Source: an uncultured Bacteroidales bacterium (lineage in GTDB: Bacteria; Bacteroidota; Bacteroidia; Bacteroidales; VadinHA17). From it: DNA of 64,000 nt. The first letter of the stretch is position 1; each line of letters opens with the position of its first letter. The position numbers and the translations under genes were made by a program. The stretch spans positions 259,748 through 323,747 of the forward strand of contig CAVSSR010000002.1 of the NCBI GenBank assembly GCA_963730615.1, given 5' to 3'. Below, piece by piece: positions 32,091-42,340 of this stretch. The notes below the pieces were generated by a model. That model made no database searches and was not told the origin of the DNA. It was given only the letters and a program-made list of their open reading frames with translations.

Positions 32091-32995
32091 TTATTTTTTG
32101 TTCTGCTTCTGATTTATTTTATGCTGTTGCAGCTTCCTTTCCGGCCTTCTGCCCATAATAGGTGCAATAATGTAGCTGAGGATAAAAGACCACAGAGTCC
32201 AGATGACAACCATCGCCACCATATTTGGTTTTACATTCGGAATTGTAAGAACTCCTATCAGAACAGCAGCTATATTCCGTGTACCCATTCCCAGTGACAT
32301 GACAACTTTCTCACCGCGGTTAAGGCCGAAACCGGCATAAAAAGAGATCAGTGCCATTACAAAACAGAAAATTGTAAGTGAAAGCATTGCCATGCTGCCG
32401 GCAGTAGCCCACATCTGCTTGTAATAAAGCAATAAAGCAGAAGATAATTGTCAATAATGTAGACAAACCCGCCAGCTTCTTTACCGGATTGAAGATCTTA
32501 TCGGCCACATTGCTGGCAAATGTCTTGATCAAAGCGCCAATAAGCAAAGGTAACAGCACTGATAATAAAGAGCGGTTTCAGGAGCGACATTACGCTTAAT
32601 TCTATCCCCTTGACCAGGAGTGGTGCGAAAATCGGCATTAACAGGGATGTGCCGATCGCTGCCACCGGGATGAAGGCTCCGGCGAAGACAACGTCTCCAT
32701 TCGCTTTGGGGAGAAGCGGCGGGAGAAAGGGTGCACAGGGAGCCAGACTTCCGATGAACAATACTATTACGTACATATTATCCAGGGGAAGTAACAAGTG
32801 TAATCAGAAATGCTATAGCAGGGCCTACCACCCAGCCTAATCCAAAGATCAGACCCAAGGAACTTCGGATTTCCAACTATTTTGAACATCTTGCCCAGGT
32901 TCACCTGAAGCCCCATGCTAAAGAGGTTCGAAATGGTGAAGACCAGTACCAGTGGCTGGAATATTGACTGACAAAACTGTAATAATTTCGTTCAT
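32091..32995 (-). pseudogene. SBF-like (bile acid:Na+ symporter family) transporter; about 4 frame breaks
   Basis: ATG 32995 gives MNEIITVLS. Hydrophobic segments QSIFQPLVLVFTISNLFSMGLQVNLGKMFKIVGNPKF, LPPLLPKANGDVVFAGAFIPVAAIG and GLNRGEKVVMSLGMGTRNIAAVLIGV are spread over frames (ORFs 32498-32797, 32320-32559, 32091-32432). Confidence 0.55.
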
Positions 32996-32997
32996 AG

Positions 32998-34706
32998 TTA
33001 TATGTTTATAAAGTTAATACACTGCATAATAGAACGTGCCAGCATACTTCCGGAGATATTCACTGCCCTGAAGCCGTTCTGCAGCAGTATTCGTGTTGCA
33101 TAATATGACCGCTGTGCCGAGCGGCAGAATGATGCTATCTGCTTGTCCTTCGGCAGTTCAGCCAGGCGTGAGCGCAACTGGGGAAGAGGTATATTGACAG
33201 CACCCGGAACAGGATCAGCTGCCACTTCAGGCGGATTACGCACGTCTAAAAGAAAGCTGTCGCCCAGTGAGTCCCAATGAACAACCGGCATGTCGCCCCT
33301 GAGGATATTTGCAGCGATCATACCGGCAAAGTTGACCGGATCTTTTGCACTTCCGTAATGGCGGAGCATAGCAGAGTTCAGATTCTTCAAGATCATAAAT
33401 TGTACATCCCATCTGAATTGCCATGGCAAAAGAATCGATCCTCTTTGGTAACTCCGTCTTCGCCAAGAACCTGTGCACCAAGCACTTTTCCGTCTGACTT
33501 GCGGAAGATAACCTTTATAACAAGCATTTTTGCACCCGGGTAATATCCGGCATGTGAATTAGGGAAAAGGTATACTTTCTCGTAATCAGTATCACCAAGT
33601 TTTTTAAGAGTTTTCTCGCTGACACCTGTCTGTGCTATTGCAGCGTCGAACAGCTTGCATATTGATGTTCCCTGTGTTCCGCGGAACTTCGATTTACGTC
33701 CTGCTATCACATCGGCTGCAATACGTCCCTGTCTGTTTGCCGGTCCTGCCAGCGGTATCAGAGTCCACTCTCCTGTAACAAAATCCTTCACTTCAACTGC
33801 ATCACCAACTGCCAAGAATATCGGGATCGGATGTGACCATATGTTCATTTACCCTTATGCCTCCACGTTCTCCGATCTCTAATTCCGGCCATCTTTGCCA
33901 GTTCAAGTCTCGGGTTTTACTCCAATAGCCATAATGACAATGTCAGCCTTATAAACCTTCCCTTTTTCGGTAAGCACTTCCAGATCCACCATTTTCACCC
34001 TTACGGAATCCTGCCACGCCATCACCGGTTTTAACGGTTATTCCATGTTTCTTCAGATATCTCTTAACGACGCGTGCCATTTCCGGATCGAGCGGAGGCA
34101 TAACCTGGTCGAGTTTCTCAATCAATGTGACATTAAGGGCTCTTTCAACTAAGGTTTTCAGCCATTTCCAGGCCAATGAATCCTCCGCCTATGACCACTG
34201 CCTTCTTTGGTTTTGAAATCTTGTCAACACCTGTGAATGAATTTCCAACGGAATTGTCGGTATCCCTGTCAAGCCACTCTTTGATATTTTTTGAATCTGC
34301 AACTGTTCTTACTGAAAATATTCCCGGAAGATCGAGTCCGGGAAGGGGAGGACGAATAGGTGCTGCACCGGGAGAAAGTACCAGTTTGTCGTATTTTTCA
34401 GTTGTGACTTCACCGGTGAGATGATTTTTCAGCTTAACCGTCTTCTCCTTCGCTGAGATACCAACCACCTCACAATTTGTCCGGCAGTCGATGTTGAATA
34501 TCACCTTGAACATCTGTTCCGTGGCAACGAGAAGTTTTGATTCTTCGTCTATCGATCCCGCCTACATAGTACGGTAAACCGCAGTTTGCATAGGATACGA
34601 ATGGTCCGCGTTCCACCATCAGGATCTCGACTTTTTCATCAAGCCTGCGGAGTCGTGCAGCACATGATGCGCCACCTGCAACTCCACCAACGATAATTAC
34701 TTTCAT
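32998..34706 (-). pseudogene. CoA-disulfide reductase / NAD(P)H sulfur oxidoreductase with C-terminal rhodanese domain; at least 5 frame breaks
   Basis: MKVIIVGGVAGGASCAARLRRL and redox Cys in SYANCGLPYYVGG. Second dinucleotide fold KKAVVIGGGFIGLEMAENL. Rhodanese loop FCRSAQRSYYATRILLQNGF. Fragments 34470-34706, 34145-34513, 33949-34176, 33393-33848, 32998-33429. Confidence 0.8.
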
Positions 34707-34881
34707 AGTTTTTGCTTTTAATTTGTTCTTGCTTATTTGAAATGAAATTTAAGGCTAGTTTTAATGGGGGACAATACTTAACAATCAGTATTTATCTTAA
34801 CCAGCTCAGCCCCTCATCCGGTATATACCTGGTCAAATTGTTCTGTCCCGGCGTGCATCGCAATAAGGGAACGCATTACAT

Positions 34882-34916
34882 TCAGTTTAGTGTTTCGCGT
34901 TTGTCGTTCGTCGTCG
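34882..34916 (-). repeat. five degenerate heptamer repeats abutting the stop codon
   Basis: Plus strand reads tcagttt agtgttt cgcgttt gtcgttc gtcgtcg, immediately followed by the stop (tca, 34917-34919) of the OMP gene. Confidence 0.5.
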
Positions 34917-35705
34917 TCAGAAGTTAAACCCAAATCTTACGACCGGGCCAAATGAAGCCATATTAAAGACAAACCGTTCTGTATCAACTCCCTTGTCATA
35001 ATTAACACTTAGATATCTGTATCCTGCCGTCAGCTGGAATACTTTGCCGAACCGGTAACCGGCGTAAGCCTGAAGTTGCCAGGTTAAGTCCGATCCTATA
35101 CCGAAACCGCCAATATCGCCCCTGAATTGAAAAAGCCACTTGTCATTAATATCAGCAGTGATTCGGGTAATCAAAATGGGGTCAAACCATGTTTTTGATC
35201 CGCTCGCTGTTACAGCTTCTGTTCCGAAAGGAAATACATTCCGGCGAACATCAATATCTGTTGAAAGACTGGTCAGTCTGCCGCCAATGCCAATTTCCAG
35301 GAATGGCACAATTCTGTAAAATCCGGCAGGTTCCCAGATAAATTCTTTTGCTGTTACTTCGCCGGAATGTAATAAAGTACCCGGAGTTACCTCCTGGTTC
35401 AGGCTCATGTAAACCAGGTCGGAAGTTATTGCCCATTTATCGGTTTTAGCCTCAAAGTATAGCATAGCTGCCATCTTCAGTTTGCTGAAGATATCGCCGG
35501 GATTGGCATCTACAGGTACCGTAATCACATTACCTATGCCTGTTTCTCCATCCATATAGGGAAACATCAGGTAGACATCGGTAAGGAAGTTCCATTTTTT
35601 CACCCTGGCGGTATCCTGGGCAAAGGCGGGGTTATTACCCCAACTGCACATCAGTGAAAAAAACAATACCGGAGCAATAAAAGAACGGCCTTTAATAAGT
35701 CCCAT
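34917..35705 (-). CDS. outer-membrane beta-barrel protein
   Basis: Signal peptide ending NPAFAQ, beta-strand periodicity, C-terminal VVRFGFNF. Confidence 0.55.
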   Translation of the reverse strand: MGLIKGRSFIAPVLFFSLMCSWGNNPAFAQDTARVKKWNFLTDVYLMFPYMDGETGIGNVITVPVDANPGDIFSKLKMAAMLYFEAKTDKWAITSDLVYMSLNQEVTPGTLLHSGEVTAKEFIWEPAGFYRIVPFLEIGIGGRLTSLSTDIDVRRNVFPFGTEAVTASGSKTWFDPILITRITADINDKWLFQFRGDIGGFGIGSDLTWQLQAYAGYRFGKVFQLTAGYRYLSVNYDKGVDTERFVFNMASFGPVVRFGFNF

Positions 35706-35816
35706 TTGTCAGTATTTTAATTTTAATATATCCAATTAATAACAAAAATATTATAGTTGCAGAACAGGAACAATACTTAGTAATGGTAAAAAAAGCCTGA
35801 GTGTGAGGATTGTTTT

Positions 35817-35844
35817 TTGGAATGCGATTTTCGATTTTGGATTT
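35817..35844 (-). repeat. four degenerate heptamer repeats abutting the stop codon
   Basis: Plus strand reads ttggaat gcgattt tcgattt tggattt, running into the stop (tta, 35844-35846) of the next OMP gene. Confidence 0.45.
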
Positions 35845-36605
35845 TAATCATCAATGTCGGGATTATAAAGGCTTCCTAAAATTCCCTTATTAATACCCAG
35901 TTTGATATTTATGCGGTAGATATTATCTGTGTATGTTAAGCCGCTTTGTTCATCCGGTTGTGTAAATTGTGCATGGTATATGAATTCAATTCTGATTGGC
36001 AATGATTTCATAACATAGCCAATGCCTCCGCGGATACGCATCGGATCGACCCAGTTTTTATCGAACCGAAAGTAGGGTTCAATATCTGCCAGGCCATAAA
36101 AACTACGCGGCTGAAAGGCCTTTTCCCTTTTGGTGAAAGGGAGTTCAACCCCGAATCGAACGCGCAGACGGCCGTAATTATTCCAGTCTAATGTTTCACG
36201 ATCCTGCAGTGCCCGGTATTCATAACGTGTAAAATTATAGATGTTCCATTTAAGGTTATTGGGCATAAAAAACTTCGCCCCGGCAAATGGACGAAGCTCA
36301 AGCAGGTCGGATTTATCTTCATTATTTGTATAAGCACCTATAAGACCACCCCAAATCTGTATCCATGCTTTTGGTGAGTAGGTAGCGCATGGCCAACCCA
36401 GGTAATAAGTCTGATAATTTTTTACGGGATTCCATACATAGCCCAGGTATCCGAACCCGCCAATTTTATCGGTTACTCTGTGACTGGGGAAAAGGGTAAT
36501 TCTGTATTCGTTTCCAATATCATCCTGGGCCATCAATTTCGATGAACCAATTGTCACCATAAGCAGGATTGCTATAGATATTATTATTGATTTTCTCATT
36601 TTCAT
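35844..36605 (-). CDS. outer-membrane beta-barrel protein (DUF2490-like?)
   Basis: Signal peptide MKMRKSIIISIAILLMVTIGSSKLMAQ and aromatic-rich beta-strand pattern. Family guess is weak. Confidence 0.45.
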   Translation of the reverse strand: MKMRKSIIISIAILLMVTIGSSKLMAQDDIGNEYRITLFPSHRVTDKIGGFGYLGYVWNPVKNYQTYYLGWPCATYSPKAWIQIWGGLIGAYTNNEDKSDLLELRPFAGAKFFMPNNLKWNIYNFTRYEYRALQDRETLDWNNYGRLRVRFGVELPFTKREKAFQPRSFYGLADIEPYFRFDKNWVDPMRIRGGIGYVMKSLPIRIEFIYHAQFTQPDEQSGLTYTDNIYRINIKLGINKGILGSLYNPDIDD

Positions 36606-36666
36606 GTTACCGGTTTTTCAATATATTTTCCAGGATTGTTGGGAATGCTCATGAATTCATATTTTC

Positions 36667-36715
36667 TGACTTCCGTCTTCGGTCTACAGTCTACAGTCTC
36701 CAGCCTTCAGTCTTC
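36667..36715 (-). repeat. seven heptamer repeats (nGTCTnC) abutting the stop codon
   Basis: Plus strand reads tgacttc cgtcttc ggtctac agtctac agtctcc agccttc agtcttc, one base before the stop (cta, 36717-36719). Confidence 0.6.
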
Positions 36716-36716
36716 G

Positions 36717-37538
36717 CTACTTTTTCGGAAAAACAAAAATCGCTGCGGCCCTGACACCAAAAGCAGACATACTTCCTTCCGGCGCAGCCACTTGTATTCG
36801 GGGTCCGACCTGAAGCTGCACAAGCTGATTCCCGAATTTTGTAAGCCCACCGGCCATAATATTAATGAATGCATTGGTCGTACCGGCTTCCCAGTTTTGT
36901 GTCAGTTCTGAATTGACAGTCAGTCCTGCTCCGCTTTTCCAGTTATAGGTTAAAAAGGGTTGCAGGTACATCTGGTTTACATCTGCTCTGTCCGCATCGC
37001 CGGCCACCGACCATATTTGATTCATCAATGCACCGTAAGTCCAGCCGTTCTTTTGCTGCAGGACAATTACTGTCGGGCCTACGCCAAATTTTTTGGTTCC
37101 CAGAAAATCATCGGTGGCTGTAGGAATTAAAAATGCGGCTCCCACGCCCCATACAAAACCATTTTTCACTACGGCGTTTGAGATCCATCCGCTTACCAGG
37201 GCATCCGAAAGCCCAATTTCCTGAGTGCCCTCGCCGGTAATGTCGTATTGAGCGATTACGGGCACAATATATCGTGTAATCAGACTATATTTTGCATTGA
37301 GACTGAAAGGAACAATGGGTTGAAAGTTCAGCGTATTTCTCGAACCGTTATAATCTCCTATGCCTATATCCGTATTATTCTGAAACGGCACGCTGATCAG
37401 CGCCCCGATCGGATTTGCCAGTTTCTTGGCAATCGCTGCAGCATCATCTGCTGCCGGCTTCGGTTCCTCCTGTGCCAATGCGCAAACAGTATATAAAATA
37501 CTGATAAGGAGGGTACTGGCAATTCTATTTAGTTTCAT
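36717..37538 (-). CDS. outer-membrane channel, MetA-pathway/phenol-degradation-like transporter family (tentative)
   Basis: Signal peptide ending CALAQ. LANPIGALISVPFQNNTDIGIGDYNGSRNTLNFQPIVPF resembles PF13557-type OMPs as I recall them. Confidence 0.45.
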   Translation of the reverse strand: MKLNRIASTLLISILYTVCALAQEEPKPAADDAAAIAKKLANPIGALISVPFQNNTDIGIGDYNGSRNTLNFQPIVPFSLNAKYSLITRYIVPVIAQYDITGEGTQEIGLSDALVSGWISNAVVKNGFVWGVGAAFLIPTATDDFLGTKKFGVGPTVIVLQQKNGWTYGALMNQIWSVAGDADRADVNQMYLQPFLTYNWKSGAGLTVNSELTQNWEAGTTNAFINIMAGGLTKFGNQLVQLQVGPRIQVAAPEGSMSAFGVRAAAIFVFPKK

Positions 37539-37775
37539 GTGTCAGTTTTATTTTTTTATGCTATTATCACTTAAAATAAATTATAAACCATTTAAACCTT
37601 ATCCTTTGTAACGCGGTAAATCGATCTCGGAAGTGTTTCCATCTGATTACCCCGACACCCCTGAAGTATAGTACAGTAAAACAAATATCAGTGGCACCTC
37701 CTATAAACTGGTATTCTTTCGTTTCCATGCGGAATGTGCCACTTTCTCGTCTCCTGAGAGTTTTTTGACAGATTC

Positions 37776-38162
37776 TTACTTCTTGGCGGCCTTAGCTACC
37801 GCTTCCTCGCCTGCCACAAAATCAGCCGCGTTGCTGAACTCGATGATCTCGCAGGCAACCGGAGCGTTCTTGTCAATAATCATGGTATGATCCTTAGGGA
37901 GGTAAAACACGTCCCCGGCCTTGACAATTTCTTCAGTCCCGTCTTTGTAACGCATGATCATCTCGCCCTTGAAGCAGTAGCCCCAGTGAGGCACCGGACA
38001 CCAACCCCCAAATGGTTCGAAAGCGGGCGTGATATCCGTATCCGGAGCGAAATGGTGAACGGCACACACCATACCGCCGTGCTCCTCTCCCCAGATCTTG
38101 ATGTCAAAGTTCTCGGTGAAGAAACTGTGCTTCGGTGTCATTTCATAAATTGGTTTTCTCAT
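37776..38162 (-). CDS. cupin-fold protein
   Basis: 128 aa. HHFAPDTD...VPHWGYCFKGEMIMRYKDGTEEIVKAGDVFYLP is a typical cupin two-motif arrangement. Confidence 0.55.
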   Translation of the reverse strand: MRKPIYEMTPKHSFFTENFDIKIWGEEHGGMVCAVHHFAPDTDITPAFEPFGGWCPVPHWGYCFKGEMIMRYKDGTEEIVKAGDVFYLPKDHTMIIDKNAPVACEIIEFSNAADFVAGEEAVAKAAKK

Positions 38163-38227
38163 TTTGTACTCCTTCCTACTAAGTTAAACACTAATTAAGT
38201 TTCTATATACATTTGACTGAAAGCATA

Positions 38228-39571
38228 CTAAATGTTGAAAGCTTTTTTTATCTTCTCAACATAGTCCAGTTTTTCCCACGTAAAAAATTCAACCTTCTTG
38301 TGATATATTTTTTTACCATTGCCATTTACTGATACCGGTATACTTCCGGGAACCTCATAATAAACTTCAACGTTTTCAGAATAACTGTCACGGCCAAAAT
38401 GTCCGTAAGCAGCTGTTGGAAGGAAGATTGGATTCTTCAACCCGAACCGCTTAACTATATGATAAGGCCGCATTTCAAAAAGAGTTTTGATCTTTTCAGC
38501 TATCTCCCCGTCACTCAGACGATTGCCTTTTTTATCTTTGACTTTCGCTGTTCCATACGTATTTACAAATAAACCAACAGGTTCCGCAACACCAATGGCA
38601 TAGGCCACCTGGATAAGCGCCTGGTCGCAAACACCTGCTGCCACCATGTTTTTGGCGATATGCCTTGCTGCATAAGCTGCTGACCTGTCAACCTTTGAAG
38701 AATCTTTTCCGGAAAATGCTCCTCCTCCGTGCGCTCCGTGACCACCATATGTATCAACAATGATCTTCCGGCCGGTCAGCCCGGTGTCACCGTGAGGACC
38801 GCCTATAACAAATTTCCCGGTGGGGTTCACCAAAAGCCTGAAATCATTTGTAAAAAGTTTCTGTACCCTTGCAGGTAACAGTTTCTTTACGCGTGGTATG
38901 AGAATTTTGTTGATATCTTCCTTGATCGCATCCTGCATGGCTTTTTCTGCCGCCTTTTCAGAAGCCTGTGTTTTATTCTTCGGAAGGATAAATTCATCAT
39001 GCTGGGTGCTTATGACTATTGTTTCGATACGAAGCGGCTTATTATTGTCGTCATATTCAACCGTCACCTGCGATTTACTGTCGGGTCTCAGATATTTCAT
39101 CTTTTTCCCTTCGTGCCTTATTGCTGCCAGTTCCTGGAGCAACAGATGAGCCAGGTCAATCGTCAGGGGCATATAGTTATCCATTTCGCGACAGGCATAA
39201 CCAAACATCATTCCCTGGTCGCCCGCTCCCTGATCTTCAGGTTTCTCACGTACAACGCCCTGGCGGATATCGCCCGACTGTTCATGAATAGTAGAGATTA
39301 TACCACATGAATCACAATCAAAACGGTATTCTGCCTTTGTATAACCTGTTTTTCTGATCACCTGGCGGGCAATCTCCTGGTTATCGACCCAGCCATTGGT
39401 ACGTACCTCGCCGCCGCAGACAACCAGGCCTGTTGTCACAAAGGTCTCGCATCCCACTTTTGATTCCGGGTCCCACCGGAGGAATTCATCAAGCAGTGCG
39501 TCTGATATCTGATCGGCAATCTTATCGGGATGGCCTTCAGAAACTGATTCGGAAGTAAAATAGTATGGCAT
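38228..39571 (-). CDS. metK: S-adenosylmethionine synthase (long Bacteroidota-type)
   Basis: [63 protein letters not shown]. Intact 447 aa. Confidence 0.95.
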   Translation of the reverse strand: MPYYFTSESVSEGHPDKIADQISDALLDEFLRWDPESKVGCETFVTTGLVVCGGEVRTNGWVDNQEIARQVIRKTGYTKAEYRFDCDSCGIISTIHEQSGDIRQGVVREKPEDQGAGDQGMMFGYACREMDNYMPLTIDLAHLLLQELAAIRHEGKKMKYLRPDSKSQVTVEYDDNNKPLRIETIVISTQHDEFILPKNKTQASEKAAEKAMQDAIKEDINKILIPRVKKLLPARVQKLFTNDFRLLVNPTGKFVIGGPHGDTGLTGRKIIVDTYGGHGAHGGGAFSGKDSSKVDRSAAYAARHIAKNMVAAGVCDQALIQVAYAIGVAEPVGLFVNTYGTAKVKDKKGNRLSDGEIAEKIKTLFEMRPYHIVKRFGLKNPIFLPTAAYGHFGRDSYSENVEVYYEVPGSIPVSVNGNGKKIYHKKVEFFTWEKLDYVEKIKKAFNI

Positions 39572-39600
39572 AGTTTGTTTCTATTAATTGTTTCTAAAAT

Positions 39601-40790
39601 CTACTTCCCCATTCCCATATTCTTTATCCGCGCCTCTTCCCATCCGAAGAAACTGGAGGCTACCTGTATCCATTCCTTTTCAGAAACCGGCTCAAGGTGA
39701 AGCGCACCCGACGGGCATCCCAGACCACAGGAGCCGCAGCCCACACATTTGTCCCTGTTGTACACCGACATTCTCCCGTCATCGGTTTTCTTCCATTTAT
39801 GGGCAAAGAACTGGCAACGCCTGATGCACTCGCCGCAGTTGGTGCATTTGTCATAATCCTTTACAACACGGTAGTTCGATCGCTCTACAGACTTCGGTGA
39901 GCTTACCATTACGCCCACCCTGCAATATGGTGCAGCAACAGCCGCAGCAGTGACAGCCGCCGACGAACTGGGGCTCCTCGGCTCCCATGGTGAACCCATA
40001 GAAACCCTGAATCATCATGGTCCCCATGGCATCGAGCTCATCCCAGAGCTTTATGGCCTCTTCCCGGCTGATCACGTTTTCAGAAAGAGGAACCACCGGA
40101 GGCATACCTACGAAGCCGCAACGCTTGATGGGCATGTCGCAGCTATGGCCTTGAAAAGCAACTTTCTCCTTCTTGCATACACAATCTAATACAAGAAAAC
40201 GGTCGTGCCTCTGGAAGTGGGCATCAATATCATTGTGTGGTTCCCGCTTTAACCATTCGGGTTTAAGCGAGCCCCGCATCGGAATTGTGCCCTGCGGGCC
40301 CGGACGTGGTGCAAAGATTTTTTCGCCTCCGCCCTCAATCACATATTGTTCGAACACTTTTGCAAATTCAGTACTTTCAGGCTTAACATCCTGCAGGTAC
40401 GATTCATACCAGCCTACAAGAAAAGAGAAAAGCCGGTATTTTTTCACACCTTCTTCCTTCTTCTGGCCCGGTTTTGCCTCTATTTTTCCAAGTCCCTTTA
40501 CACCGGACTCAAGGGCAAGTAGTTTCATCTTTAACCATGCGGCGGGGTATCATTCCCTCGAGTAACACAGTTACTTTATCCAGGGGAAGACCAACCCGTT
40601 CAGCAATTTCGTCAGCAGTTTCGAGCTTACGGCTCATGGAGCTGGCAACCAAAGCCTCTTCAGGTGAGAACACCATCTTGATAAGCTTTATTTCCGATTT
40701 GGAAGGAGTTCTGGTGAAACCGGCAGGAAGTGCATCAAGCGCATCGGCAAGTTTTTCATAAACATCTTCGGATATGGTAATATTTTTCAT
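39601..40790 (-). pseudogene. Fe-S protein: wHTH-like N-terminus, CHCCGCC Cys run, C-terminal 2x[4Fe-4S] ferredoxin domain; two frame breaks
   Basis: ORFs 40509-40790, 39851-40528 and 39601-39999 concatenate. GGCHCCGCC. CTNCGECIRRC and CVGCGSCGLGCPSGA. Confidence 0.6.
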
Positions 40791-40810
40791 TGCATTCTGT
40801 TTTTAAAGAT

Positions 40811-41939
40811 TTATAACCGGTTACCAAGGTAAATTCCCAGCGACTGTGCAATTCTCATAAATTCGCTTTCAGTAGGCACAGTTCTCACTTTGTCAACAGC
40901 ATCTGTCAACGGCACAAACCTGATATCGGGTGGCATAAAAGATACCATCACCCCATTTTGTCCTGCTTTCAGCACCTGGATAGATCCGGCACCATAAGCC
41001 ATTCCCAGCTGATGGTCGGTTGCGGTGGGATTTCCGCCCCGGGCCCAGGCGCCAATTACAAGCGGATAGGTTTCCGCAGTAATCAGTTTCTGAAGCCTTG
41101 TTGCAACAGTGCCGGCCACCTGGCCTGCAGGTATAGATTCCGGGGATGATGCGGATGACTTATCATCCTGTTCAACCGGGTAATCAACTAACTTTGCCCC
41201 TTCGGCAACTACCACAAGCCCGTAAGGCCTCCGGACTGATATTTTATCTTTTAACCGCTTTGCCAGGTTCTTCAGATCGCAGGGAATCTCAGGCATCAGC
41301 ACTGCATCGGCACGGACGGCAATACCAGCCTGAAGTGCGATCCACCCGGCATGTTCACCCGGAACCTCAACAACAGCAATCTTGCTGGCTGATCTGGCCG
41401 CCTGGTAAGCCTTGTTCAGCATTTCGATGGTGACGCTGAGTGCACTGTTGAATCCAAACGATACAGCAGTATTGGCAATGTCGTTCTCTATCGAACGGGG
41501 AATACAAACCGTATGGAGCCCTTTGTTATGGAGCTTTTGCAGAATGCCAAGCCCCTGTCCGCTCACGATTGAAATCAGCGCATCGATGTCTTCTTCCTTT
41601 ATCCTTTTTAATATCTGATCGGAAAGATCTTTTTTGCCTCCCTTAACTGAGGAAGCATGAAACGGATCGACCTTTGGCGCCTGGCCAAGGATACCTCCGG
41701 TAGCAGGATCGAGATTTTCGATCAGCTCGGGGCTGAGGTTGATCATTCCGCCACCGGGGAAACGGTCCGGGAACAGACAGTCCCTCGAAGCCGTTGCGGA
41801 TGCCGACCATCTCCCATCCCAGTTTACCTCCGGCAATGGCTGCACCCATAACCACTGCATTTGTGCCGGGAACAAATCCCGATCCTACATTGATTGCGAC
41901 ACGCCTGTGCGTGCCTGCATGACCAAGTGATTTAATCAT
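40811..41939 (-). pseudogene. phosphofructokinase-fold protein, degenerate signatures (PFK-like 2), one frame break
   Basis: Roughly 55% identical by eye to PFK-like 1. VAINVGSGFVPGTNAVV, ISIVSGQGL, CIPRSIENDI, VVEVPGEHAGWIALQAG, ARGGNP. Break near 41790 (GFEGL | LFPDRFPGGG). Confidence 0.75.
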
Positions 41940-42023
41940 AACTTTTATTATTTAGGCATCAATATTCTTTCAATTTCTGTTTTATGCAGCTACTGTTATG
42001 GAGATCCAGGGATTCTCATTTTT

Positions 42024-42302
42024 TTAATTCCTTGCAACCATTTCAAGAGCATTATTCGGGCAAACCGCAATACACTCGCCACAGCCGGTGCATTTTACCG
42101 GATCAATCTCCGGTTTGCCGGGCAGCATTTCAGTGCTTTGACACATATTCTTGGGCAGACGTTCCGGCCCCTGGGTGATGGCATTTTCCGGGCAGGCTGT
42201 TATACAACCATAGCTGCTTTTGCAACTGTAGAATTTCAGCTGTGCCATGAAGCCGGGGCCAGTTTTAACGGCCCCGGCCGGCTTGTTATCTGAGTTGTTC
42301 AT
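42024..42302 (-). CDS. small 2x[4Fe-4S] ferredoxin
   Basis: 92 aa. CKSSYGCITACPENA and CTGCGECIAVCPNNA. Confidence 0.75.
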   Translation of the reverse strand: MNNSDNKPAGAVKTGPGFMAQLKFYSCKSSYGCITACPENAITQGPERLPKNMCQSTEMLPGKPEIDPVKCTGCGECIAVCPNNALEMVARN

Positions 42303-42340
42303 GATCTAGTCCTTTGGGTAAATCAAATTGTTTGTACCTT

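Noticed and set aside
37691-37745. Structured RNA or riboswitch between the cupin and the OMP gene (8-bp inverted repeat AGTGGCAC / GTGCCACT with a ~38-nt loop)
   Set aside because: I could not match it to any known riboswitch consensus. The short arms and long loop are compatible with chance or with a weak terminator of the cupin gene.
39572-39600. SAM riboswitch upstream of metK
   Set aside because: Only 29 nt separate metK from the preceding gene, which is too short for any SAM riboswitch class.
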